From an uncultured Hyphomicrobiaceae bacterium (lineage in GTDB: Bacteria > Pseudomonadota > Alphaproteobacteria > Rhizobiales > Hyphomicrobiaceae): DNA of 64,000 nucleotides. Below the pieces are notes generated by a model. That model was not told the DNA's origin. It saw only the letters and a list, made by a program, of their open reading frames with translations, and made no database searches. Location of the stretch: positions 24,806-88,805 of the forward strand of contig CAZOGY010000001.1 of assembly GCA_964579305.1 (NCBI GenBank), given 5' to 3'. Made by a program: the position numbers and the translations under genes. Below are positions 37,105 through 46,594 of the stretch, one piece after another. Positions within the stretch are counted from its first letter, which is position 1, and each line of letters begins with the position of its first letter.

Positions 37105-38097
37105 TCAAGCGGCGGCCATACCGCGAGCCTGGGCATCAATGTGTGCTGTCAGTTTATCATCTAGCCCAAGGCGGCTCGCCAGGATGGCGAGGAACGACTG
37201 CTCCGCATCGGTATCCGGGTCGATGGCCAAGCGCGCAGCCGTATAAAGTTTCACGGCTTCGCGTTCAGAGGTCACGCCGGCGGTCAATTCATCGAACGAG
37301 GCTGGGTTCTGCAATTCGCGTGCGAGAAATGTTTCTGCTTCGGTATTGAGCCCGGACTGGGCCATGCCAGTGACCAGGCGCTGGCGTTCGGCCTCATCAA
37401 GGCGGCCGTCGGACGCGCTTGCCGCGACCATGGCGCGGACCAGGCGCAGCGCCTCGTCCTGATCGATTGACTGGTCGTCGAAGCCGGAACCGTCTGGCGC
37501 GGCTTGCGGCGTTTCCTGCGCGCCGTCGATCAGCGGCCGGCCATCCTGATAATTCTGGTAGGCTTTGTAGGCGAGCCCACCGATCAGCGCGAGCGCGCCG
37601 ACTTTGGCAGCGGTCATGGCGACGGACCGGCCGGTCTGCGTGCCGAGGATCAGTGCACCAAGTCCACCCAGAGCTGCGCCGGTGCCGAGCTGGTTGTTGC
37701 GGACCAGCTCCTGTAACTGGGCCATCACTTCTTGTGGATCGCGGCCACCGCTCAGTTGGCGGATCATATCGTCCAGTCCGGTGGCCTGACCGACCTTGCT
37801 GGCGCCGTCGCGAGCGCCTTCGGTCGCCTGGCCGAAGACGTTGCGCAGGGTATCCATCATGTCGGGGCCGTTGGACTGCGACGCGCTGGTCGATGGCTGG
37901 CCGCCGGTCAAGTTGCGCAGTAGGTCGCCGAGATCCGGGGCGTTGCCGGAGGTGCCGCCCTGGCCGCCCGTGATCTGGTTGAGAAGGTCGCCAAGACCGT
38001 CGGAGTGCGTGGGCTTATTTGCCGTCTCGCCGTGGGGCTGCGCGTGGGCCGCCGGCCCCTTGATCAGCTGTTCCAAAAGGCTTCGTGCATCAAACAT
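37105..38097 (-). CDS. DUF533/TerB-like (YebE-family) inner-membrane protein
   Basis: It has a Gly/Gln-rich N-terminal half and one TM (...GAALGGLGALILG...ALALIGGLAY...). The C-terminal TerB-like domain reads ...ALRLVRAMVAASASDGRLDEAERQRL...KLYTAARLAIDPDTDAEQSFL... Start trimmed to the ATG at 38097 (MFDARSLLEQL). Confidence 0.75.
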   Translation of the reverse strand: MFDARSLLEQLIKGPAAHAQPHGETANKPTHSDGLGDLLNQITGGQGGTSGNAPDLGDLLRNLTGGQPSTSASQSNGPDMMDTLRNVFGQATEGARDGASKVGQATGLDDMIRQLSGGRDPQEVMAQLQELVRNNQLGTGAALGGLGALILGTQTGRSVAMTAAKVGALALIGGLAYKAYQNYQDGRPLIDGAQETPQAAPDGSGFDDQSIDQDEALRLVRAMVAASASDGRLDEAERQRLVTGMAQSGLNTEAETFLARELQNPASFDELTAGVTSEREAVKLYTAARLAIDPDTDAEQSFLAILASRLGLDDKLTAHIDAQARGMAAA

Positions 38098-38159
38098 GGC
38101 GATCTCCCTGCGCCGTCGGCTCATCCGTACGCAACGCTTAACCCCAAGACCGGTGCCTG

Positions 38160-41100
38160 TCACGAGGCCGTGGCGGTGGCCTTGTTGGCGTCAGCGCGAT
38201 TGGATGAGGTTGCGCGCGGCGCAAACCTGCGCATGGTCCAAGCGCCGATCCCATCGAGCAGGGCGAAGACCGCAGGCACAAATACCAGCGACAGGATCGT
38301 TGACGAAATCAGCCCGCCAATGACGGCGATCGCCATTGGTGCGCGGAATTCGCCGCCCAAATCGAGCGCAAGCGCGGACGGGAGCATGCCGCCGCACATG
38401 GCAATCGTCGTCATGACAATTGGGCGGGCGCGTTTGCGGCCTGCGTCGACAATAGCTTCGTTGCGGGGCGTGCCGGTGCGCATTTGCTCCACCGCAAAGT
38501 CGATAAGCATAATCGCGTTTTTGGTGACAATACCCATCAGCATCAAAATTCCGATCACAACCGGCAAACTGATTGCGTTTTGTGTCACGAGCAGAGCCAG
38601 AATGGCGCCGCCAATCGATAATGGAAGCGAAAATAGAATTGTCACGGGCTGTAGAAAGCTTGAAAACAGCAGGACAAGAACGGCGTAGACCATCATCAGA
38701 CCGGCGCCCATGGCCTTGCCGAAACCGGCAAAGACTTCTGCCATGACTTCCGCATCGCCGAATTGGCGCAACGTGACCCCATCAGGCAGGCTTTTTGCGG
38801 CTGGCAGGTTCCGAACTGCTGCCACGGCATCGCCAAGCGCAACACCCTCTGCCAGGTCGGCGCCAAGAATGATCTGACGCGCGCGGTCGTAACGCGTGAT
38901 CGCGGTTGGGCCTTGGTCGAACACGAAATCAGCAATGGCCGCCAGGGGCACGCTTTTTCCGCTGGCGGTGCGCACCCGCAATTGACGGATGAGGTCGAGG
39001 TCAGCGCGCGCCCGCGTTGCGAGTTGCACGCGGATTGGGATCTGCCGGTCACCAAGTGCGAGTTTGGCCAAGGCCGGACCAACGTCACCCAGCGTGGCAA
39101 TGCGGACCGCCTCGGCAATGTCCTGTGTTGTCACGCCGAGTTCGGCGGCCTGATCGCTGCGCGGGATGATGCGCAATTCCGGCCGGTCGAGTTCGGCCGT
39201 TGAAGTCGCCAAGGACAGTTGCGGCAGCTTGCGCATTTGGGCCGTAATCGCGGCCGCGGCCTTGTCGAGTGTTGCACCATCGCCGCCGCTGACGACCATC
39301 TGGAATTGGCGTTGGCCGTTCTCCTCCATGAACCAGAAGCGGATATCGGGTGTGCGCGCGATGTCGGAGGCCACGCGCCGCTTCATCTCAATGATGCCGG
39401 CGTCGCGCTCGCCCTTTGGGGTCAAGATGATCGTCAGCGTGGTCTTGCGCACTTCCTCGCCGCCTTGGCCCAAAATGCCGCCGCCGGAAACGAAGATCCC
39501 GCGGACTTCGGGGCGCCGTCTCAGGCGATTGACAAGGCGGGTTGTGACGCTGCGCGTTTCGTCAAGCGTTGCGCCTGGCGGCAGTTCCACGGACACCAGC
39601 ATCCGACCGGTGTCTTCGACGGGCAGAAAACCCGATGGCAGCAATTGCATCGACCAAATGGAGGCTGCAAACACCATCAGTCCGGCGATGACGGCAATGA
39701 TTTTGCGGCGCACCGACCAGGCAACGAGCCGCGTGTACTGGCGCAACAAAAAGCCGTCGTGGGCGGTCTCGGCGCCGTGCGCTTTCATGAAATAGGCGGC
39801 AAGTAACGGCGTAATCAATCGGGCAACGAGGAGGGAAAAGAAAACCGCTGCGGCGACCGTCAATCCGAACTGGCGGAAATACTGTCCAGCAATGCCGTCC
39901 ATGAAACTGACGGGCACGAAGACCGCTATAATCGTTGCGGTGATCGCAATCACGGCAAGGCCGATTTCGTCGGCAGCTTCCATGGCGGCATCGTAAGCCG
40001 ATTTGCCCATGCGGATATGGCGGACGATATTTTCGATTTCCACGATTGCGTCGTCGACCAAGATGCCTGTGACGATCGTAATCGCAAGCAAGCTGACCAG
40101 ATTGAGCGAGAACCCCAGCGTACTCATGGCCCAGAAGGCTGGTATGATCGAAAGCGGCAAGGCGACCGCCGCGATCAAAGTGGCGCGCCAGTCACCGAGA
40201 AATATGAACACGACCAGGATCGCGAGGATGGCGCCTTCGATCAGGGTTTTCATCGTCGCGTGATAAACGCCCTGAGTATAATCAACCGAGGTGTCGATTA
40301 GCGTCATCTGCACGCCGGGATTGGCTTTTTCGAGCTCGATTATTTTGTCGGCGACAGCCTTGGCAACTTCCACGTCGGAGGCGCCTTTGCCGCGGCTTAT
40401 CGCGAAACCGACGACGGGCTCGCCGTTATACGTGGCGAAATTGCGCGCTTCTGCCGTGGTGTCGGTAATCGTGCCAATCTGATCGAGGCGGACATAGCGC
40501 CCATTTGGTACGGCGATTTGCGTGGCTTTGAGCTTGCTGATCGATTGCGCGTCCGCGAGCGTTCGGATCGCCTGTTCGCGGCCGGCCACTTCGCTGCGTC
40601 CACCGGCAAGATTGACGTTTGTCGCGCGCAGTTGCGCGTTGACGTCGCCGGCGGTGATACCAAGCGCGATTAAACGATCAGGGTCCAACGCAATGCGGAC
40701 TTCGCGCGTCACGCCGCCAACGCGATCGACCCCGGCCACGCCGTCCACGCTTTGCAACACCCGTGCGACGACGTCATCAACAAACCAGGACAGTTCTTGC
40801 GGGGTCATGGTTTTGGCGCGCGCGGCATACGTCACGATCGGCAGGCCGACCACATCGAGCCGCTGGATGACGGGTTCGTCAATCGTGCGAGGCAGTTCTG
40901 CACGGACGCGGGCTACGGCGTCCTTCACGTCGTTGATGGCGCGGTCAACGGGCGTGTTGAGCTGGAATTCAACGAGCGTTGTCGATGAGCCTTCAACGAT
41001 ATTGGACGTCTGGTGTTTGACGCCCGAGATCCCGGCAATCGCGTCTTCGATTTTCTTGGTGACCTGGGTCTCCAACTCAACGGGCGCGGCACCCGATTGC

Positions 41101-41255
41101 GTCACGACGACGGAGACGACTGGCAGATCGATGTTGGGAAAACGGGTGATGGGCAAGGTGTTGAACGAGAACCAGCCAAGCACCATCAATCCGATGAACA
41201 AGAGAATTGACGGGACCGGGGTGCGGATCGCCCAAGCAGACACGTTCATGCGCAT
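38160..41255 (-). CDS. RND efflux transporter permease (AcrB/HAE family)
   Basis: ~1030 aa with 12-TM RND architecture. The N-terminus ...MNVSAWAIRTPVPSILLFIGLMVLG is typical. The ATG at 41255 shares 1 nt with the adaptor's stop; the ATG at 41249 is an alternative. Confidence 0.9.
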   Translation of the reverse strand: MRMNVSAWAIRTPVPSILLFIGLMVLGWFSFNTLPITRFPNIDLPVVSVVVTQSGAAPVELETQVTKKIEDAIAGISGVKHQTSNIVEGSSTTLVEFQLNTPVDRAINDVKDAVARVRAELPRTIDEPVIQRLDVVGLPIVTYAARAKTMTPQELSWFVDDVVARVLQSVDGVAGVDRVGGVTREVRIALDPDRLIALGITAGDVNAQLRATNVNLAGGRSEVAGREQAIRTLADAQSISKLKATQIAVPNGRYVRLDQIGTITDTTAEARNFATYNGEPVVGFAISRGKGASDVEVAKAVADKIIELEKANPGVQMTLIDTSVDYTQGVYHATMKTLIEGAILAILVVFIFLGDWRATLIAAVALPLSIIPAFWAMSTLGFSLNLVSLLAITIVTGILVDDAIVEIENIVRHIRMGKSAYDAAMEAADEIGLAVIAITATIIAVFVPVSFMDGIAGQYFRQFGLTVAAAVFFSLLVARLITPLLAAYFMKAHGAETAHDGFLLRQYTRLVAWSVRRKIIAVIAGLMVFAASIWSMQLLPSGFLPVEDTGRMLVSVELPPGATLDETRSVTTRLVNRLRRRPEVRGIFVSGGGILGQGGEEVRKTTLTIILTPKGERDAGIIEMKRRVASDIARTPDIRFWFMEENGQRQFQMVVSGGDGATLDKAAAAITAQMRKLPQLSLATSTAELDRPELRIIPRSDQAAELGVTTQDIAEAVRIATLGDVGPALAKLALGDRQIPIRVQLATRARADLDLIRQLRVRTASGKSVPLAAIADFVFDQGPTAITRYDRARQIILGADLAEGVALGDAVAAVRNLPAAKSLPDGVTLRQFGDAEVMAEVFAGFGKAMGAGLMMVYAVLVLLFSSFLQPVTILFSLPLSIGGAILALLVTQNAISLPVVIGILMLMGIVTKNAIMLIDFAVEQMRTGTPRNEAIVDAGRKRARPIVMTTIAMCGGMLPSALALDLGGEFRAPMAIAVIGGLISSTILSLVFVPAVFALLDGIGAWTMRRFAPRATSSNRADANKATATAS

Positions 41256-42529
41256 CACCGTGTCTCCGAAAGCTTGATTGGCGGGGCATCGACCGCAATC
41301 ACACGGTCACCGGGCCGCAGGAAGGTGCCGGATTTTGCAATCACGCGGTCGCCGTGGTTGAGACCGCTGGTCACCGCGTAGAGATCGCCATTTGTGATGC
41401 CGAGCTGCACCGGGCGCGCGACGACGGTTCCATCATCGACCGTCAGAACGAAGGGGCCTGATGCGTCATACATGACCGATGCACGCGGGACTGCGATCTG
41501 CGTCGTGCGCCCAAGGATAACCGCCGCGCGGGCAAAGGCGCCGGCGCGCACCTGGTCGCTCTGGCCCAAGTCGATGCGGACACGGCCAAGGCGGGTTTCG
41601 GGATCGATCTGCGGCATCACTAAGCGCAATTGGCCGGTCACCACGCGTCCGCCGGCCAGTTCAACAGTTGCGCGCAAGCCTGACTTCAGGCGGGCCAGGT
41701 CGGCTTCGACGACCTCGGCTTCGAGCTCGAAGGCTGCGTCTTTGGCGATGCGAAACATGCGCGTGCCGGTCTGCAACGCAAGTTCACCAACCTTGATGGT
41801 GCGTTCCAGAATGAGCCCTGCGGCAGGCGCCCGCAGCTCTGCGTTCTGGCGCTGCCAGACCAATTCGCGGCGCTTGGCGATGGCGTCGCGCTTGTCGGCT
41901 TCAGCGGCGGTTCGATCGGCCTTGGCGGAGGCCAGGCGGGCGTCAGCCGTGCGCGCGGCGGTGTTGCGCTGTTCCAAAACGCTGTCTGAGATCACGTTGC
42001 GCCGGGTCAGCGTACGGGCGCGCTCAAAGTCGCGGCGTGCCTGATCACGTTCCAGGGTGGCGCGGGCGATCTCACGGTCCGCCTTGGCGATCGCAGCCTC
42101 AGCACGGGCGATTGCTGCATCGGCTTGGGCCAAGCGGGCGTCAAGGCCGTCGGTCACCAGTGTCGCCAGGACTTGATCCTGCGTGACCCGATCACCGGCG
42201 TCGACGCGCACATCGCGCACGCGCAGGCCGTTGAGTTCGGGCGCGATGATGATTTCGCGCCGGGGCACGATCGTGCCGGTGACGATGACACGCTCGGTAA
42301 TGGGCATCCGCCGCATGGTGACGACGCTGACACGGGGCGTAATATCGATCCGGGTGGCGGGCGCTGGTGCCTTGTCGGACGCGCCCAGTTTGGCTGCGTG
42401 CTCGCGACCCTGCTTGATCGTGCGATCGATTGCTTCGGCCGCTGCGTGCGGAAGCATGCCGGCTGCATAGAGCGCGCCGACGGTCCCAACCAGCAGAACG
42501 AGTACGAGAAGGCTGAGCCAAATCCTCAT
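41255..42529 (-). CDS. RND efflux periplasmic adaptor (MFP)
   Basis: It has a signal/TM (MRIWLSLLVLVLLVGTVGAL), a coiled-coil hairpin and beta-barrel domains of the HlyD/AcrA family. The ATG at 42529 lies 1 nt after the TetR stop. Confidence 0.85.
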   Translation of the reverse strand: MRIWLSLLVLVLLVGTVGALYAAGMLPHAAAEAIDRTIKQGREHAAKLGASDKAPAPATRIDITPRVSVVTMRRMPITERVIVTGTIVPRREIIIAPELNGLRVRDVRVDAGDRVTQDQVLATLVTDGLDARLAQADAAIARAEAAIAKADREIARATLERDQARRDFERARTLTRRNVISDSVLEQRNTAARTADARLASAKADRTAAEADKRDAIAKRRELVWQRQNAELRAPAAGLILERTIKVGELALQTGTRMFRIAKDAAFELEAEVVEADLARLKSGLRATVELAGGRVVTGQLRLVMPQIDPETRLGRVRIDLGQSDQVRAGAFARAAVILGRTTQIAVPRASVMYDASGPFVLTVDDGTVVARPVQLGITNGDLYAVTSGLNHGDRVIAKSGTFLRPGDRVIAVDAPPIKLSETR

Positions 42530-42530
42530 C

Positions 42531-43160
42531 CTAGGCGTCCTTTTTGCGTGCAGATCCCTGCGCGCCACCAACCGGGCGCAGCAAGGTCGCGATCATGTCG
42601 AGGGCGACGGGCAGAGCGGCTTCAACGTCAAAATCGTCGTGGACGGCGCGGCGCCAGAATAGGCCGTCGCCAATCATCATCACGGCGGTGGCAAGGACGC
42701 TGGGCGGATGCGCGGGGGCAATGCGGCCCTCTTCGATCCAGCCGATGAAGATGTTGGTGAACTCGGCGCGCACGTCTGCATCAATCGGTTGGAAATGCTC
42801 GGCGAGCGCGGCATCACGTGTGGCTTCAAGACCCAGTTCAAGATCAACGCGGCGGATGTCGACAGGCTCATCGACCAGGTAACGTCGGGCCAACGTATGA
42901 AACGCGGCCATCGGATCATCCGATGCGGACAGTTCGGCGAACGCTGCCTTGAACTTCACTCGTTCGCGTTCACACAGCGCCGTCATCAGATCGTTTTTGG
43001 AACTGAAATACCGATAGATCGCGGCTGGGCCGATTTGTGCCTGCCGACAGATGTGCTGGATGGTCGTGCCGCGAATGCCGTTGCGCGCGAAACAGGTCTG
43101 GGTGGCGTCCAGGATCTGTTGGCGCAGCCTTTCGTGCGCATCGCGGCTTATTTTCGGCAC
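42531..43160 (-). CDS. TetR-family transcriptional regulator
   Basis: ...RLRQQILDATQTCFARNGIRGTTIQHICRQAQIGPAAIYRYFSSKNDL is a TetR HTH. The best start is the GTG at 43160, preceded by GAGGGGA, giving ~209 aa. The track start (43382) adds an Arg/Pro-rich extension. Confidence 0.8.
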   Translation of the reverse strand: MPKISRDAHERLRQQILDATQTCFARNGIRGTTIQHICRQAQIGPAAIYRYFSSKNDLMTALCERERVKFKAAFAELSASDDPMAAFHTLARRYLVDEPVDIRRVDLELGLEATRDAALAEHFQPIDADVRAEFTNIFIGWIEEGRIAPAHPPSVLATAVMMIGDGLFWRRAVHDDFDVEAALPVALDMIATLLRPVGGAQGSARKKDA

Positions 43161-43218
43161 CGACCGTTCCCCTCGCCGCTTCGTGGTGCGCGCAGTGGGA
43201 CCCGCTGGCGCAAAAAAT

Positions 43219-43232
43219 AACGAGCATTCGTT
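43219..43232. promoter_or_regulatory. Candidate TetR operator (inverted repeat AACGA-GCAT-TCGTT)
   Basis: Read directly at 43219-43232, in an AT-rich stretch 59 nt upstream of the proposed TetR start. Confidence 0.3.
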
Positions 43233-43378
43233 TTTCTTTGTGAGGGACGTAGATGCGGACTGTGGCCGGGTCAAGTCATCGCGTTTGCAAGGTCGCGCTT
43301 GCGGCCATGCCCGAACGCTCTTGCGACGCGGATCCGGCTTGCCCTTGTGCTCGCACGAAAAACCGGCGTTGGGGCCGG

Positions 43379-44830
43379 TCACCAGTCAACGGCAAGGCGC
43401 AAGACGGTGGGGCCCGGCGCTGTGGATGCGGAGCTGAGTACGGCCTTGGCTGGCGATAAGTCGCGCGAATGGGCGCCCGTCATTCGTGGGTCCGGCGATA
43501 GCCTCAGGGGCTCACCTTGCAGCGGCGCTGGGGCCAAGCCCGGCAAGACGGGTTCGATGGCGTGATGGCGCAGCGGTCGGCCGTGTGCTGGGCGCGTTGG
43601 GGCTCGTTTTTGTGCCAGAGGATTGGGGTCGGCAATCCACCCGGATAGACCGATGAAAAAGAAAAAATATGCGTGCATTACGTTCCAGAAATGGACCGTG
43701 CAGGCAATCAGGCTCAATGCGAGCAACGAAATGACCCACGCTTTTGCATACTGGTGCACTTCGGTATCAGGCGTGGCCTTGGCATGCCGGGCCAGTGCAA
43801 AAAGAATGAATACCAGCGCGCTTGTCAGAAGTAGGAACGCGGGAATGCCGGTTTGCATGGCTATCACGAGCCAATAGGCGTCAACGGAGTCCGATGCCAT
43901 CCACCACGCGCGTTCCCAATCGCCAAGGCCAAGACCAATCCACGGATGCGCCCATACGTTTTCAAGGCCGTATTGCCAGATCAAGAGCCGATAATAGCCG
44001 GTCCATGAATCGAGCGTGAGGCCGGTTGCGATCAACGCAAAAGGTGAGCGCGTCGCGACCAGGGCCAATACCGTGTAGGCGAGGGCCGCGACTGTGACGG
44101 TCAATGCAACACGTCCCTTGAGCGTGCGGGTTGCGCGGTCCCAGACGATCAGAGCGGCCTGTGTGAACAGACACAACAGGGGCGCTGACGACAAAGCCGA
44201 GAATGTCGTGGCGGCAATCGCACTGGCGCGTTTCGTGCGCTGGCCTGTGCTTTGGCTTCCATACCAGGCCAGCGCGAAGATCGTGGCGGCAAAGGTGCCC
44301 AAGTGGATTGGGTGATCAAAAGTGCCGTAGGCGCGCGTCAGGCCCAAGCGTGTTTCGATCGCACGCGGATGAACATGGCCGGTCAGGCTTTGCAGCAGAT
44401 CATGTGTGAAATGCTTCGCCAGAAGGGTTTCCGGCCAGGCGATCAAGCCCGCGATGATCACAGCCGTTACGAGGCACCCGATCGTGGCGCGCAATGTTTC
44501 CAGATCACGGACATAGGCGCGCGCGATCAGGTAGGCGCCAAAGCTCTCAAGCGCGATCGAGCCGCCGTAGACGAAACTGCCAGCGTGCGGGGCGTGGCTT
44601 GCGTAGGCATAGAGCGCCCAGCCCGCATAGGCCGCGATCAGAATGTCAAACGTACGCAAACGGGTGTTCTTGGCCGAAAGCAGCCGCACCAAAGCAAATG
44701 GAACGATGAGGATCAGGGCAACGCGATGCGGGGGAAGGCGCAATCCGGCAATGTCCGCTGACAATTCAGTGGGACACAGGAAGCTCAGCGTCAGGAGGAG
44801 TACTGGGACTGGCAAATCGCGTGTGAACAT
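43379..44830 (-). CDS. O-antigen ligase/polymerase-family (Wzy_C, ExoQ-like) membrane protein
   Basis: A polytopic membrane protein (MFTRDLPVPVLLLTLSFL...) with the loop/TM pattern of the O-antigen ligase family. It lies downstream of the priming transferase. The last ~85 aa are a low-complexity, Pro/Ala/Arg-rich tail. Start trimmed to the ATG at 44830. Confidence 0.7.
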   Translation of the reverse strand: MFTRDLPVPVLLLTLSFLCPTELSADIAGLRLPPHRVALILIVPFALVRLLSAKNTRLRTFDILIAAYAGWALYAYASHAPHAGSFVYGGSIALESFGAYLIARAYVRDLETLRATIGCLVTAVIIAGLIAWPETLLAKHFTHDLLQSLTGHVHPRAIETRLGLTRAYGTFDHPIHLGTFAATIFALAWYGSQSTGQRTKRASAIAATTFSALSSAPLLCLFTQAALIVWDRATRTLKGRVALTVTVAALAYTVLALVATRSPFALIATGLTLDSWTGYYRLLIWQYGLENVWAHPWIGLGLGDWERAWWMASDSVDAYWLVIAMQTGIPAFLLLTSALVFILFALARHAKATPDTEVHQYAKAWVISLLALSLIACTVHFWNVMHAYFFFFIGLSGWIADPNPLAQKRAPTRPAHGRPLRHHAIEPVLPGLAPAPLQGEPLRLSPDPRMTGAHSRDLSPAKAVLSSASTAPGPTVLRLAVDW

Positions 44831-44898
44831 GGGCCTGGCACGTGTTTTGGAACGGCGCGCACGAAGCAGGCGTGGGCGATCCGTTGGTCGCTGCGAGA

Positions 44899-46383
44899 TC
44901 AAATGGCGTTGTGGCCCTTGATCACCGCCTTGATCGTGCGCACCATGATCATCAGGTCGAGGCCAAGCGACCAGTTCTCGATGTAGGTCAGGTCATCGGC
45001 GGTGCGTTGCTGGATGGAACGCGGGCCAATGACGGGTCCGCGATGGCCACGAATTTGCGCGAGCCCGGTGATACCCGGTTTGACTTGATGGCGTCCGGCG
45101 TAGCGCTCGTATTCCCGGCACCAGGCATCATCGTGGGCCAGTGCATGGGGACGCGGGCCGACGAGAGACATTTCACCGCGGATCACGTTCATGAGCTGGG
45201 GGAGTTCGTCCAGGCTCGTGCGCCGTAAGAAGCCGCCTACACGCGTGATGCGTTGATCGTGGCGCCGGGCTTGTTCGACGTTTTCTCCGTCCTCCAGAAC
45301 GGTCATCGTGCGGAACTTGAAAACGTTAAATGTCTGACGGTTGTGGCCGCGACGACGTTGGCGAAATAGCACCGGACCGCGGCTGTCCAGTTTGATCGCG
45401 ATTGCGATGACCAGCGCCAACGGCATGGCCAGCAGGCACAACAGCCCGCCCAGCAGCAGATCTTCCGCGCGCTTTATGATCAGGCTCCAGCCTTCCAGCG
45501 GCTTGCGCTTGACGTCCAATAGGCCAACGGGGCCAAGAGCGGACACGCGATGGACTTGACGGGGCGCGATCAGGTCGGTGGCCAGGTGCGTCACGATGTG
45601 GACGCTCGCTGGGGCCGGTTCCAGCCCGCGCGCAATGTCGGCGATGCGGCGGTCGGCCGTTGCGGGAAGTGCAATGATGATCTGGTCGACCGCGCCGGAC
45701 CGGGCGGCTGCGATCAGGTCGTCCAGGTCGCCAACCACAGGCGTTTCGGCATCGGCGGGGGCGCGCAGGTTTTGACGATCATCATACGTGCCCGCGAAAT
45801 GCATGCCCACCGGCCCGCTGAGGAAATAGTCGCGAACGCGCAAGGCCAATGCGCCACGTCCGTAAATGGCGACGGTTTGATCAAAGCTGCCATTTACGGT
45901 CAGCGATTGCATGATCGGGCGAAAGATCAGCCGCGCGGCCGTCAAACCAGCGAAGCTGCAAAAAAACCATTGAATATACCAAATGACGCTCAAGGGCGCG
46001 CCCGAGGCGACCCGCGGTGCGAAACCAAAAACGACCAGCATTGCCACGGCCAGCACAAAACCGACATGGAACGAGATCAGCGGCAAGTTGTGGAGTTTGC
46101 GCGTGTCGTAGTAATCCCATTGGCGCAGGCACTGGATTGCGATCAACGCGGCCAGAAAACCAGCAAGCAGGGTGGACGTCGCGCTTTCGACAAAGGTGAC
46201 ATCGCGGTGATGCAGTGCGGCTGAGAGCAGGGCGGCGGTGACGATCAAGACTGCATCCAAACCGGCGACGATGTCGACGGCGACCTTGCGGGACAGCGTA
46301 AAGCGCTTGGCGGCATTTGTGCGCGCGGCCAAGTCATCGGTCAGAATTTCAGATTGCGTTTCGCAATTCGACAGGTAAGCCAC
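44899..46383 (-). CDS. Polyprenyl-phosphate hexose-1-phosphate transferase (WbaP/ExoY-type priming enzyme)
   Basis: The C-terminal bacterial sugar-transferase domain reads ...[58 protein letters not shown]...[24 protein letters not shown]... The N-terminus has TM segments. GTG start at 46383. Confidence 0.9.
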   Translation of the reverse strand: MAYLSNCETQSEILTDDLAARTNAAKRFTLSRKVAVDIVAGLDAVLIVTAALLSAALHHRDVTFVESATSTLLAGFLAALIAIQCLRQWDYYDTRKLHNLPLISFHVGFVLAVAMLVVFGFAPRVASGAPLSVIWYIQWFFCSFAGLTAARLIFRPIMQSLTVNGSFDQTVAIYGRGALALRVRDYFLSGPVGMHFAGTYDDRQNLRAPADAETPVVGDLDDLIAAARSGAVDQIIIALPATADRRIADIARGLEPAPASVHIVTHLATDLIAPRQVHRVSALGPVGLLDVKRKPLEGWSLIIKRAEDLLLGGLLCLLAMPLALVIAIAIKLDSRGPVLFRQRRRGHNRQTFNVFKFRTMTVLEDGENVEQARRHDQRITRVGGFLRRTSLDELPQLMNVIRGEMSLVGPRPHALAHDDAWCREYERYAGRHQVKPGITGLAQIRGHRGPVIGPRSIQQRTADDLTYIENWSLGLDLMIMVRTIKAVIKGHNAI

Positions 46384-46594
46384 GCGTGGTCTCCGTGTCC
46401 GATCACCGACACAGCCGGCGCGGCAAAAGGCTGAACCGCAGCCCTTTGATCAGGCGCACCGATACGCGCAGTCTCGCGGGCAACGCTTGAGAATTCGTTT
46501 TGAAAATAGGGAATTTTATCTCAAATTATTCGTTTGTTTGTCGGCCAAAAATGCAACCCATTCTCTTTGACGGTTTGTGTTCGCCGTGTCGTAT